Origin: an uncultured Pelagibacteraceae bacterium
GTDB taxonomy: Bacteria; Pseudomonadota; Alphaproteobacteria; Pelagibacterales; Pelagibacteraceae
DNA length: 59,017 nucleotides
Direction of reading: 5' to 3'
Assembly (NCBI GenBank): GCA_902590125.1
Contig: CACIVL010000001.1
Location: forward strand, 1 to 59,017
Part shown: in pieces, positions 40,108-49,041 of the stretch
Position numbering within the stretch: the first letter of the stretch is position 1
How the letters are laid out: each line of letters begins with the position of its first letter
The notes under the pieces: generated by a model
Told to the model about the DNA's origin: nothing
Database searches by the model: none
What the model saw: only the letters and a program-made list of their open reading frames with translations
Made by a program: the position numbers and the translations under genes

Positions 40108-40191
40108 ATCTCGCTTAGGTAGAATTTTTTTTAGGTTGTACCTAATACCTTATTATGTTTTACTTTATGATGAATTAAGAGGGTAAACTTA

Positions 40192-40653
40192 ATGAAAAAA
40201 ATTTCATTGGAAGTTAATGGAAAGAAGATTGTAAAGGATATTCCAGATCACACAGTATTATCAGTTTTACTGAGAGATGTTTTAAATTTAACAGGAACAC
40301 ACATTGGTTGTGACACAAGTCAATGTGGAGCATGTGTGGTTCATGTAGATGGCAAATCTATTAAAAGTTGCAGCACACTAGCTGTTGATGTTGATGGTTC
40401 AAAAGTAACAACAATTGAAGGTTTAGCAAAAAATGGAAAAATGCACCCTATGCAAGAAGCCTTTAAAAAAATGCATGGATTGCAGTGCGGTTTTTGCACA
40501 CCAGGAATGGTCATGAGCGCTATAGATTTATTACAAAATAATAAGAAACCCAGCGATACAGAAATAAGAGATTGGTTAGAAGGAAACATTTGTAGATGCA
40601 CTGGATATCAAAATATTGTAGCAGCAGTCAAAGAGGCTGCTTCTAAAATGTAG
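40192..40653 (+). CDS. coxS: Molybdenum hydroxylase [2Fe-2S] small subunit
   Basis: [29 protein letters not shown]. Confidence 0.93.
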   Translation: MKKISLEVNGKKIVKDIPDHTVLSVLLRDVLNLTGTHIGCDTSQCGACVVHVDGKSIKSCSTLAVDVDGSKVTTIEGLAKNGKMHPMQEAFKKMHGLQCGFCTPGMVMSAIDLLQNNKKPSDTEIRDWLEGNICRCTGYQNIVAAVKEAASKM

Positions 40654-40665
40654 GAGAATGAAGCT

Positions 40666-43044
40666 ATGGCAAGTTTAGTCGGTTCTAGAGTAGAAAGAAA
40701 AGAAGATAAGAGATTTTTAACGGGCAAAGGTAGATACACTGCTGACATAAACATTGCAAATCAGACATATGCTGCATTTGTTAGATCTCCACATGCGAGA
40801 GCAAAAATTAAAAAAATTGATACTTCAAAAGCTTTAAAAGCTTCTGGAGTTGTAGATATTTTAACAGGAGAACATATAGCAAAAGATAAAATAGGTGGAT
40901 TAATTGCTGGATGGGCTATCAGAAGTGAAGATGGCTCTGAAATGAAATGCCCTGCAAATCCTCCGCTGGCAAAAGATAATGTAAATTTTGTGGGCGATCC
41001 TATTGCAGTTGTTTTTGCAGAAACTTTGGATGAAGCAAAGGCAGCAGCAACATTAGTAAATGTGGAATATAAAGTTTTAAAAGCAGTTACTAGTTTGTCA
41101 GATACAATGAAAAGCGAAGCTATTCACGAAGGTATTGATAAAAATCTATGTTACGATTGGTTGCTTGGTGATAGACAAAAAGTTAAAGAAGCTTTTGATA
41201 AAGCAGATAAAATTATTAAACTTGATATTACAAACAACAGACTTATTCCAAATGCAATGGAACCAAGAGCATGCGTTATAGATTATAACACAGCCTCTGA
41301 AGAAATAACTTGTTACACTACAAGTCAAAATCCACATTTATCAAGATTAATAATGTCTGCATTCGGAGGTGTTACTCCTGAAAATAAATTAAGAGTGGTT
41401 GCGCCTGATGTAGGTGGAGGGTTTGGTTCAAAAATTAATCTTTATAACGAAGAAATAGTTTGTAGCTGGGCATCAAAAAAAATAGAAAGACCTATAAAAT
41501 GGGTTGCAGAAAGAACAGAATCTTTTTTAACTGATACTCATGGCAGAGATCATATTACTCATGCTGAATTAGCTGTAACAAATGATGGAAAATTCTTAGG
41601 ATTTAAAAACGAAACAATTGCAAACTTGGGTGCTTATGCAAGAGTTTTTGGAACAGTTACTCCAACTTACTTATTTGGTCCATGTGCAACAGGAGTTTAT
41701 ATAATGCCAGCAGCTTACTCGAATGTAAAAGCAGTATATACAAATACTGCACCTGTAGATGCATATAGAGGAGCAGGAAGACCTGAAGCCACTTATACAA
41801 TTGAAAGAATAGTAGATAAGGCAGCTATAGAATTAGGCATAGATCCAATTGAGATAAGAATGAAAAATTTTCCAACTGAGTTTCCGTTTAAACAAACTTT
41901 AGTTCATCAAGTAGACTCAGGAGATTATGTAGCTGGATTAAATAAAGCAAAAGAAATGGCAGATTATGATGGCTTTGCAGATAGAAAAAAAGAATCTGAA
42001 TCAAAAGGAAAACTGAGAGGTATAGGAGTTACAACTTATTTTGAAGCATGTGGTATTGCACCATCACCAGTAGTTATGATGTTAGGTTGCGGAGTTGGTT
42101 TGTGGGAGTCCGCAGAGGTAAGATTTAATCCAACAGGGCAAGTTACTGTTTACACTGGCTCTCATAGTCATGGTCAAAGTCACCAAACAACATTTGCACA
42201 AATTGCTGCTGATGAACTAGGTGTCCCGATTGAAAATATTGACATTGTACATGGTGATACAGATAAAGGAACATTTGGTATGGGAACATATGGATCAAGA
42301 TCATTAGCCGTAGGAGGAGTAGCCATAGTAAATGCATGTAAAAAGATAGTTGCTAAAGGGAAAAAAATTGCTGCAAAAATGCTTGAAGCTAGTGTGGATG
42401 ACGTTGAATTTAAAGAGGGTGAGTTTGTTGTAGCTAAATCAAATAAGAAGAAAACAATAGGAGAAGTTGCTTTTGCAAGTTATTTACCAGGAGTAAGAGA
42501 CGAAGTTAAATCACCATTGCCAGAAGGTGAGGAGCCAGGTTTAATCGAGTCTTCATTTTTTGACCCAGCAAATTTTTCATTTCCAGCAGGATCACATATT
42601 TGTGAAGTAGAAATTGATCCAGATACTGGTGAAGTTAAACTAGATAAATATACAGCCGTTGATGATTTTGGAACAATAGTAAATCCATTAATTGTTGAAG
42701 GGCAGGTTCATGGTGGTTTGGCACAAGGAATTGGGCAAGCTTTATATGAAAATGCTCAATACGATGAATCGGGGCAACTTATTACAGCATCTTACATGGA
42801 CTATACAATGCCAAGAGCTGACAATTTACCAAATTTTGATATTGGATACACTTGCACCAAAGCAACAACAAACCCACTTGGCGTTAAAGGGTGTGGAGAA
42901 GCAGGAACTATAGCTGCAACTCCAACTGTTATGAATGCAGTAATTAATGCTCTTGGAGGACAAGAGATATCACTACCAGCTACAGCAGAAAAAGTTTGGA
43001 AAGCTTGTAAAGAAATGAAAAAATCAAATTCAGAGGCAGCGTAA
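40666..43044 (+). CDS. coxL: Xanthine oxidase-family molybdopterin large subunit, form II CoxL-like
   Basis: VGGGFGSK, active-site loop AYRGAGR (41761-41781), GTYGSRS, GQVHGG, KGCGEAG. Confidence 0.9.
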   Translation: MASLVGSRVERKEDKRFLTGKGRYTADINIANQTYAAFVRSPHARAKIKKIDTSKALKASGVVDILTGEHIAKDKIGGLIAGWAIRSEDGSEMKCPANPPLAKDNVNFVGDPIAVVFAETLDEAKAAATLVNVEYKVLKAVTSLSDTMKSEAIHEGIDKNLCYDWLLGDRQKVKEAFDKADKIIKLDITNNRLIPNAMEPRACVIDYNTASEEITCYTTSQNPHLSRLIMSAFGGVTPENKLRVVAPDVGGGFGSKINLYNEEIVCSWASKKIERPIKWVAERTESFLTDTHGRDHITHAELAVTNDGKFLGFKNETIANLGAYARVFGTVTPTYLFGPCATGVYIMPAAYSNVKAVYTNTAPVDAYRGAGRPEATYTIERIVDKAAIELGIDPIEIRMKNFPTEFPFKQTLVHQVDSGDYVAGLNKAKEMADYDGFADRKKESESKGKLRGIGVTTYFEACGIAPSPVVMMLGCGVGLWESAEVRFNPTGQVTVYTGSHSHGQSHQTTFAQIAADELGVPIENIDIVHGDTDKGTFGMGTYGSRSLAVGGVAIVNACKKIVAKGKKIAAKMLEASVDDVEFKEGEFVVAKSNKKKTIGEVAFASYLPGVRDEVKSPLPEGEEPGLIESSFFDPANFSFPAGSHICEVEIDPDTGEVKLDKYTAVDDFGTIVNPLIVEGQVHGGLAQGIGQALYENAQYDESGQLITASYMDYTMPRADNLPNFDIGYTCTKATTNPLGVKGCGEAGTIAATPTVMNAVINALGGQEISLPATAEKVWKACKEMKKSNSEAA

Positions 43045-43050
43045 AAAAAA

Positions 43051-43839
43051 ATGAAAACTTTTAATTATCATTTAGTTAAAGATATTAAAGAAGCAAAAAA
43101 AATCTCTTCTGCACATTCAACTTTTTTAGCTGGTGGAATGACAACTATTCCTTCGATGAAGTTAGGGCTAGGTACTTATAAAGATGTTATTGATATTAAA
43201 GGAATAAAAAAACTTTCTGGTATTAAATCAAGTGGGAAAATATTAAAAATTGGTTCAACAACAACTCATGCTGAAGTTGCTAAATCAAAAGAAGTTAAAA
43301 AATCAATTCCATCTTTAGCTGCACTAGCTGAAGGGATTGGAGATCCACAAGTAAGAAACAGAGGAACCATAGGAGGGTCCATAGCAAATAATGATCCTGC
43401 TGCTGATTATCCATCAGCTTGTATTGCTTTAAATGCTTCAATTAACACTAGTAATAATAGAAAAATTGATGCTGAAAGTTTCTTTAAAGGAATGTTTGAA
43501 ACAACTCTAAAAAAAGGAGAAATAATAGAGTCTATTGATTTTGAAATTCCACAAAAATCTAATTATCAAAAACTTCCAAATCCAGCTTCAAGATATGCTG
43601 TTGTTGGAGTGTATGTTGCTAAGTATAAAAACGGAACAAATGTTGGAGTAACTGGAGCAAAGCCTTGTGTTTATAATGACAAAAATTTAGGTAAAGCGTT
43701 ATCTAAGAGTTTTTCTTCATCAGCAATTGATAATGTTAATGTTTCTGCATCAGGCATGAACTCCGATATACATGCATCAGCATACTACAGAGCAAATATG
43801 GTTAAGGTTTTTGCTAAAAAAGCTGTTGAAACTTGCTAA
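43051..43839 (+). CDS. coxM: Molybdenum hydroxylase FAD-binding medium subunit
   Basis: LAGGMT, IGDPQVRNRGTIGGS, DPAADYP, DIHASAYYRA. Confidence 0.92.
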   Translation: MKTFNYHLVKDIKEAKKISSAHSTFLAGGMTTIPSMKLGLGTYKDVIDIKGIKKLSGIKSSGKILKIGSTTTHAEVAKSKEVKKSIPSLAALAEGIGDPQVRNRGTIGGSIANNDPAADYPSACIALNASINTSNNRKIDAESFFKGMFETTLKKGEIIESIDFEIPQKSNYQKLPNPASRYAVVGVYVAKYKNGTNVGVTGAKPCVYNDKNLGKALSKSFSSSAIDNVNVSASGMNSDIHASAYYRANMVKVFAKKAVETC

Positions 43840-43869
43840 TTATTTCTTTCAGTATTAACTTTAAATCTA

Positions 43870-44199
43870 ATGAAAAATTCATTTGATGAAAAGATTCTGG
43901 AAGAAGCAAATGATTGGATTAAAACTAATCAAAAAGTAGTTCTTGCAACAGTAATACAAACTTGGGGTTCTTCTCCAAGACCTACAGGCAGCAGAATGAT
44001 TGTTAATGAAAAGGGAGATTTTTCAGGCTCTGTGTCTGGAGGCTGCGTTGAATCCGCTGTGGTTAGAGAATGTGTTGGAATTATAAAAGAAAATAAACCT
44101 TTTAAAAAAATAGAATTTAAAGTTTCTAACGAAAGTGCCTGGGAAGTTGGACTTGCATGCGGTGGTGAAATTGCAGTTTATTTAGAACAGATTAATTAA
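43870..44199 (+). CDS. xdhC: XdhC/CoxI N-terminal domain protein
   Basis: TWGSSPRPTGS, GSVSGGCVE, GLACGG. Confidence 0.88.
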   Translation: MKNSFDEKILEEANDWIKTNQKVVLATVIQTWGSSPRPTGSRMIVNEKGDFSGSVSGGCVESAVVRECVGIIKENKPFKKIEFKVSNESAWEVGLACGGEIAVYLEQIN

Positions 44200-44879
44200 T
44201 GCAATTAAAAACTTTAAAAGAAATAATAAAGAAAAAAGAAAATAAATCTGAATTTGCAATAATTACAAACCTAGTTACAGGGAATAGTGAAATTTTTGAA
44301 AAAGGAAAATCTTTAGGTAAAGATTTTGAAAAATTTACCGATCAAATAAATAGTTTTTATAAGCTAAAGAAGAATGGTGTTATTGAAGATACTGATATAT
44401 TTTTAGAAAACTATATTAGGCCTATAAAAGTTATTGTTGTTGGCGCTGTTCATATAGCTCAGTATTTAGTTAATTTTGCCAGTAGCTTAAATTTTGAAAT
44501 ATCTGTAATTGATCCAAGAGGTTACTTTGCAACAGAACAAAGGTTTCCCAATATGAAAATAATTAATAAGTGGCCAGATGAAGCATTTAAAGAAATAGAA
44601 ACAGATTCAAACTCAGCATTAATTGCACTAACCCACGATCCTAAAATTGATGATCCAGCACTACAACACGCCATAAAGAAAAAATTTTACTATATTGGAG
44701 CTTTAGGTAGTAAAAAAACACATGAAAATAGATGTGAAAGATTAAAAAAATCTGGATTTAGTGATGAACAAATAAATCAAATTCATGGACCAATTGGAAT
44801 TAAACTTGGAGGAAGAGCAGCTCCTGAAATTGCATTATCAATAATTGCCCAACTAGTTGCCGAAACATACAAAAAATAA
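44199..44879 (+). CDS. xdhC: XdhC Rossmann-domain protein (CoxF-like)
   Basis: VGAVHIAQ, LTHDPKIDD, YIGALGS, PIGIKLG..PEIALSI. Confidence 0.88.
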   Translation: MQLKTLKEIIKKKENKSEFAIITNLVTGNSEIFEKGKSLGKDFEKFTDQINSFYKLKKNGVIEDTDIFLENYIRPIKVIVVGAVHIAQYLVNFASSLNFEISVIDPRGYFATEQRFPNMKIINKWPDEAFKEIETDSNSALIALTHDPKIDDPALQHAIKKKFYYIGALGSKKTHENRCERLKKSGFSDEQINQIHGPIGIKLGGRAAPEIALSIIAQLVAETYKK

Positions 44880-44888
44880 ATAAATTTT

Positions 44889-45470
44889 ATGATTTCATCA
44901 ATTCTTTTAGCAGCAGGTCAATCTAAAAGAATGCAAGGTGAAAACAAGCTATTAAAAAAATATAAAAAAAAATACTTAATTAACCACATTTTAAATTCTT
45001 TAGTTAAAAGCAAAGTAAATAAAATAATAGTTGTATTAGGTTATGAAAACAGGAAAATTAAAAAAATATCATTAAAAAGTAAAAAAATAACTTTTGTATT
45101 TAATTCACAATATTTAAAAGGAATATCAACATCAATTAAGTGTGGATTGAAAAAAATATCTAAAAAAAATATAGGTTTTTTAATTGCACATGCTGATATG
45201 CCTCTAGTTTCAAAAACAATTTTAAACACTTTATGCTCAGGTTTAAAAAATAGTAAAAAAGAGATTTTTGTACCAGTTTATAATAAAAAAGTTGGGAATC
45301 CTTTAGCTTTTAAATTTTCAATGATTAAATCTCTTAAAAAAATTAAAGGAGATAGAGGAGCTAAAAAATTAATTAGATCAAAAAAGTCAAAAGTTCAATT
45401 TGTAAAAATAAAATCTAAATCTATTTTAATTGATTTTGATCAATTAAAGGATTTCCCTTCAACCATTTAG
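44889..45470 (+). CDS. mocA: Molybdenum cofactor cytidylyltransferase-like nucleotidyltransferase
   Basis: LLAAGQSKRM, NKLL, ADMP, GNP, GDRGAK; follows coxSLM-xdhC. Confidence 0.82.
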   Translation: MISSILLAAGQSKRMQGENKLLKKYKKKYLINHILNSLVKSKVNKIIVVLGYENRKIKKISLKSKKITFVFNSQYLKGISTSIKCGLKKISKKNIGFLIAHADMPLVSKTILNTLCSGLKNSKKEIFVPVYNKKVGNPLAFKFSMIKSLKKIKGDRGAKKLIRSKKSKVQFVKIKSKSILIDFDQLKDFPSTI

Positions 45471-45879
45471 AATCTTCTCCCTCATAATGTTCTTTTTTCC
45501 AGATTGGTGTCCGTTTTTTTATTTCTTCAATAATATATCTTGAAAATTCATATGCTTGAGAACGATGTTTGCAAGCTACAGCTATAATTATACTAGTTTC
45601 ACCAAGTTTAACGTATCCTTTGACATGTTCAATAAACACAGCAATGTTATTAAAGTTAAATTTTGTTTCTGCTTCTTTATATATTTCTTCAAAACTTTTG
45701 ATTACTAAAGCATCGTGACTGTCATAAGTAATTCCAGTAACTTTTTTATCATTATTTTGATCTCTAACAGTACCAACAAAATATATTGAAGCACCACATT
45801 TACTCGAAGCTATAAATTTTTGCGCATTGTTAAGGTCAATTTTTTCTTTCGTAATATCTATTATTTTGGCATGAAGCAT
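45421..45879 (-). CDS. moaE: Molybdopterin synthase catalytic subunit
   Basis: GASIYFVGTVR, HR, PIWKKE. Confidence 0.93.
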   Translation of the reverse strand: MLHAKIIDITKEKIDLNNAQKFIASSKCGASIYFVGTVRDQNNDKKVTGITYDSHDALVIKSFEEIYKEAETKFNFNNIAVFIEHVKGYVKLGETSIIIAVACKHRSQAYEFSRYIIEEIKKRTPIWKKEHYEGEDSKWLKGNPLIDQNQLK

Positions 45880-46148
45880 TAACCGCCTCCTATTGGAGGT
45901 ATAATTCCAATACTTTGTTCTTTTGTAATTTTATAATCATCACTTACAATATTGTTTTCTTCAGAACAAAATGCTGAAGATTGGACTAATTTTTTATAAT
46001 TGTCATTACCTTTAAAATTATTTTCTACAAAATTTAAAATTTCATTTCTTAAGTCTTTTATGGAACTTTTCTCTTTTAAATTAAATTCTAAATAATCTTT
46101 TTTGCTAAAGTCACGGCTAGCTCCAAAAAGCTCTAATTTGATTTTCAT
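45879..46148 (-). CDS. moaD: Molybdopterin synthase sulfur carrier
   Basis: LFG..R N-terminus and C-terminal PPIGGG; between moaC and moaE. Confidence 0.88.
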   Translation of the reverse strand: MKIKLELFGASRDFSKKDYLEFNLKEKSSIKDLRNEILNFVENNFKGNDNYKKLVQSSAFCSEENNIVSDDYKITKEQSIGIIPPIGGG

Positions 46149-46166
46149 AAATATTTTTTATTAAAA

Positions 46167-46712
46167 TTAAAATATATTGTCTAGGAATTTTGGTAAACCA
46201 TCGGGATTGGTCCAAAGTCCACTTTTTCCACCTTCTTTAATCAAAAGCTTAACATTATCAATTTTTAAATGTGGATTTACAATTTTGCTTAAATCATAAA
46301 TAGTAATTAAAGCTGCATTAACTCCCATGATTGCTTCCATCTCAACCCCAGTTTTAGCAACAGCAGACACTACACAAAATACTTCTAAAGAATTATCTTC
46401 ATCATGCATTATAATTTTAGTTGCTGTGTGGTCGATTGGTAATGGATGACATAAAGGAATTAATTCACTAGTTTTTTTAACACCTAATACAGCCGAAACT
46501 TCAGCAAGACTAACAGGGTCTCCTTTCGGCATTTCGTTATTTTTAATCATATTAAAAACTTTTTTACCAACATAAATTTTTCCTGAAGCTAAAGCTCTTC
46601 TAAAAGTTTCCTTCTTTGAAGACACATCAACCATATTAAAAGAATTTTTCTTGAAAAGATCTTCAGCCCAATCTTTTAATTGATTTTGATTAACAATTTT
46701 TAAATTTTTCAT
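46167..46712 (-). CDS. moaC: Cyclic pyranopterin monophosphate synthase
   Basis: MVDVSSK, LIPLCHPL, TGVEMEA, IYDLSK, KEGGKSG. Confidence 0.95.
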   Translation of the reverse strand: MKNLKIVNQNQLKDWAEDLFKKNSFNMVDVSSKKETFRRALASGKIYVGKKVFNMIKNNEMPKGDPVSLAEVSAVLGVKKTSELIPLCHPLPIDHTATKIIMHDEDNSLEVFCVVSAVAKTGVEMEAIMGVNAALITIYDLSKIVNPHLKIDNVKLLIKEGGKSGLWTNPDGLPKFLDNIF

Positions 46713-47704
46713 TATCCTCCAGTGGTAGATAAATTGTTCATTAGACCTGTTTCTCCAAGCTCTAAATAATGAGACTCTTTTTTAAAGTTTAATTGTTTAG
46801 AAATTAAATCTTTTAATTCTTCCAACTGATCATCTCTTTGTAAAAGATGTCTAATACTTATTCCGGTATTTCCAAATAAACATAATCTTAAATCACCTCT
46901 AGCTGTAATTCGAAGTCTGTTACAACTTTTACAAAAATCTTTTGAATAGGGAGCAATAACTCCAAATTTTCCTTTAAAGGAAGGGTTTATATAATTTTTT
47001 GATGGACCAGCATCTCTGCCAAGAGTTTGAAAAATCCAACCATTTTTATTTATATAATCAGTAAAAACTTTTGCTGACATATGATATTTTTTAAAGTAAT
47101 CCAAACCATCTCCAGTTTGCATTAATTCTATATATCTAAAATCAATTTCATTATTTTTTATAAATTTGCTCCATTCGTTAAAATCTTTCTCGTTATCATT
47201 AATTCCTTTTAACAAAACTGCATTTATTTTTATATTTTTAAAATTAAGTTGTTGTAATTTTTCAATTCCTTGTAGTATTTCAGGTAATCGATCATGACCT
47301 GTAACATTTCTAAATGTTTCTCTATTTAAGCTATCAATACTTATATTTATTCCATCCAAGCCACTTTCAGCAATTTGATTAGCAATTTTATCTAAACGAT
47401 AACCATTTGTAGTAATTACTGTTTTCTTTATTCCAGTTTTATTTTTTAAAATTTTAACAATATCAAAGAAGTCTTTTCGTACAGTAGGTTCTCCTCCAGT
47501 TAACCTAATCTTACAAACTCCAAGCCCAGAAAGACCTTTTGCAAGTCTTTCAATTTCTACTGAACTAAGAAATTTTCTATTATCACTTTTATCTTTTTGA
47601 TAACCATTAGGAAGACAATAGCCACACTTAAAATTGCATACATCCGTAATTGACAATCTTATGTATGGAAAAGTTCTACCAAAACTATCTCTAAGCATTT
47701 TCAT
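46712..47704 (-). CDS. moaA: GTP 3',8-cyclase (radical SAM)
   Basis: CNFKCGYC, LTGGEP, FCKSCNRLR..LCL, C-terminal TTGG. Confidence 0.96.
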   Translation of the reverse strand: MKMLRDSFGRTFPYIRLSITDVCNFKCGYCLPNGYQKDKSDNRKFLSSVEIERLAKGLSGLGVCKIRLTGGEPTVRKDFFDIVKILKNKTGIKKTVITTNGYRLDKIANQIAESGLDGINISIDSLNRETFRNVTGHDRLPEILQGIEKLQQLNFKNIKINAVLLKGINDNEKDFNEWSKFIKNNEIDFRYIELMQTGDGLDYFKKYHMSAKVFTDYINKNGWIFQTLGRDAGPSKNYINPSFKGKFGVIAPYSKDFCKSCNRLRITARGDLRLCLFGNTGISIRHLLQRDDQLEELKDLISKQLNFKKESHYLELGETGLMNNLSTTGG

Positions 47705-47748
47705 TTATTTTTATATAATATAAGTTAACATATTAAATATAATATAAA

Positions 47749-48585
47749 ATGAGTGAATTTCTTACTAAAGATGAGATAAATCAATTCAATAAAGATGGTG
47801 CTATTTTTCTTAAAGGAAAATTTGATATTAAATGGATAGAGAAACTAAAAAAGGGAATTGAAAGAGATATTAAAAATCCAAGTCCTAGATTTAAAAGTCA
47901 CACATTGGAAAAAAATGTTCCTGCTTATCTAGAAGATTATTGGACTTGGGACTTAGTACCTGAATTTAAAGATTTTGTATTTAATTCACCATACGCTAAA
48001 ATAGCTTCTGAACTGATGTCTGCTAAAAAAATAAACCTTGTAATGGACAATTGGTTTTTAAGAGAAGGTGGATCAAAATCTTCAACACCTTTTCATCATG
48101 ATGTGAGCTATTTTGATATGGATGGAACTATGTGTGTTCTTTGGTTGCCATTACAAGCTACAGGTAAAAATGAAGGTGTTGTTTGGGTCAAAGGTTCACA
48201 TTTATGGAATAAACTTTTTTTAAGAGTTCTTTTTAAAGATGGACATAAAGTTGAAGGAAAAGAGTGCATTATTGATGGAAAAAAATATGAACTTCCACCT
48301 GATATTTTGGGAAATAAAAATAAATATGAATTTTTACAATGGGACTGTGAATTAGGGGATTGTGTTATATTTGATATGAGAACTCTTCACGGAACTCTTA
48401 GTTCTTCAATACCTCAAAAAACTTTAAGTCGTTATACTTTAAGAGTAGCAAAAGAAGATGCAAAAATTAGTTATGTTGGAGATTGGACTAGTTATAATTA
48501 TAGAAAAGCAATGCAAGATGCTGGATACAAAAATGGAGACCCTTTAGGTGGAAAAATGTTTCCAACTTTGTATGAAAATATTTAA
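47749..48585 (+). CDS. PhyH-family Fe(II)/2-oxoglutarate dioxygenase
   Basis: TPFHHDVSYF (HxD), WLPL, VKGSHLW, GDCVIFDMRTLHG. Confidence 0.85.
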   Translation: MSEFLTKDEINQFNKDGAIFLKGKFDIKWIEKLKKGIERDIKNPSPRFKSHTLEKNVPAYLEDYWTWDLVPEFKDFVFNSPYAKIASELMSAKKINLVMDNWFLREGGSKSSTPFHHDVSYFDMDGTMCVLWLPLQATGKNEGVVWVKGSHLWNKLFLRVLFKDGHKVEGKECIIDGKKYELPPDILGNKNKYEFLQWDCELGDCVIFDMRTLHGTLSSSIPQKTLSRYTLRVAKEDAKISYVGDWTSYNYRKAMQDAGYKNGDPLGGKMFPTLYENI

Positions 48586-48612
48586 CTTCTGATCTTAAGA
48601 CCAGAAGTTAAA
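48581..48612. terminator. Inverted repeat between convergent genes, probable terminator
   Basis: TTTAACTTCTG(A)TCT-TA-AGA(C)CAGAAGTTAAA; the single mismatch becomes a G-U pair on the minus-strand transcript. Confidence 0.7.
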
Positions 48613-48623
48613 ATTTATATATA

Positions 48624-48947
48624 TTATTTGCCTGGACCTTTATATGCTCCTGCTATTTTTGCAGCGTTTTCTGCAACTTCATTAATATTAATTGCTTCAC
48701 AAACTGCAATATCGCAAAGAGCGCCACTAGCTTCTGTTGCCATTTTGACACCAGCGCCTTGTGCAAAAGTTCCTTCGAATACTGCTAAAAAATCATAAGG
48801 TCCTCTTAATCCTGTATATGAAACCAATTTAGCTCCAACAGCTTCAGCTGCAGTTCGAGCTGCTTGCGCTCTATCAGACTTAGGATCTTTCAAAAAACCT
48901 TGAAATCCTTGAGCAGTATATTTACCCAATGCATAAAATGTTGCCAT
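48624..48947 (-). CDS. GYD domain protein
   Basis: Small Ala-rich protein, YTAQG..DRAQAAR..GPYDF; AAGGAG ribosome-binding site. Confidence 0.8.
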   Translation of the reverse strand: MATFYALGKYTAQGFQGFLKDPKSDRAQAARTAAEAVGAKLVSYTGLRGPYDFLAVFEGTFAQGAGVKMATEASGALCDIAVCEAININEVAENAAKIAGAYKGPGK

Positions 48948-49041
48948 ATTTACTCCTTTCTAAAAAAAGATTATAACATTCCTAAATTAAATTTTTATTA
49001 AATAAGTTTAAATAATCACAACTTAAAATAGAAAAAGTTTT

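Noticed and set aside
40666-43044. Calling coxL a true aerobic CO dehydrogenase
   Set aside because: The loop is AYRGAGR, not AYxCSFR; the order is SLM; no coxDE genes are adjacent.
43870-44879. Split xdhC as a frameshifted pseudogene
   Set aside because: There is a clean TAATG stop/start coupling at 44197-44201, both halves have intact motifs, and split XdhC genes are known next to such clusters.
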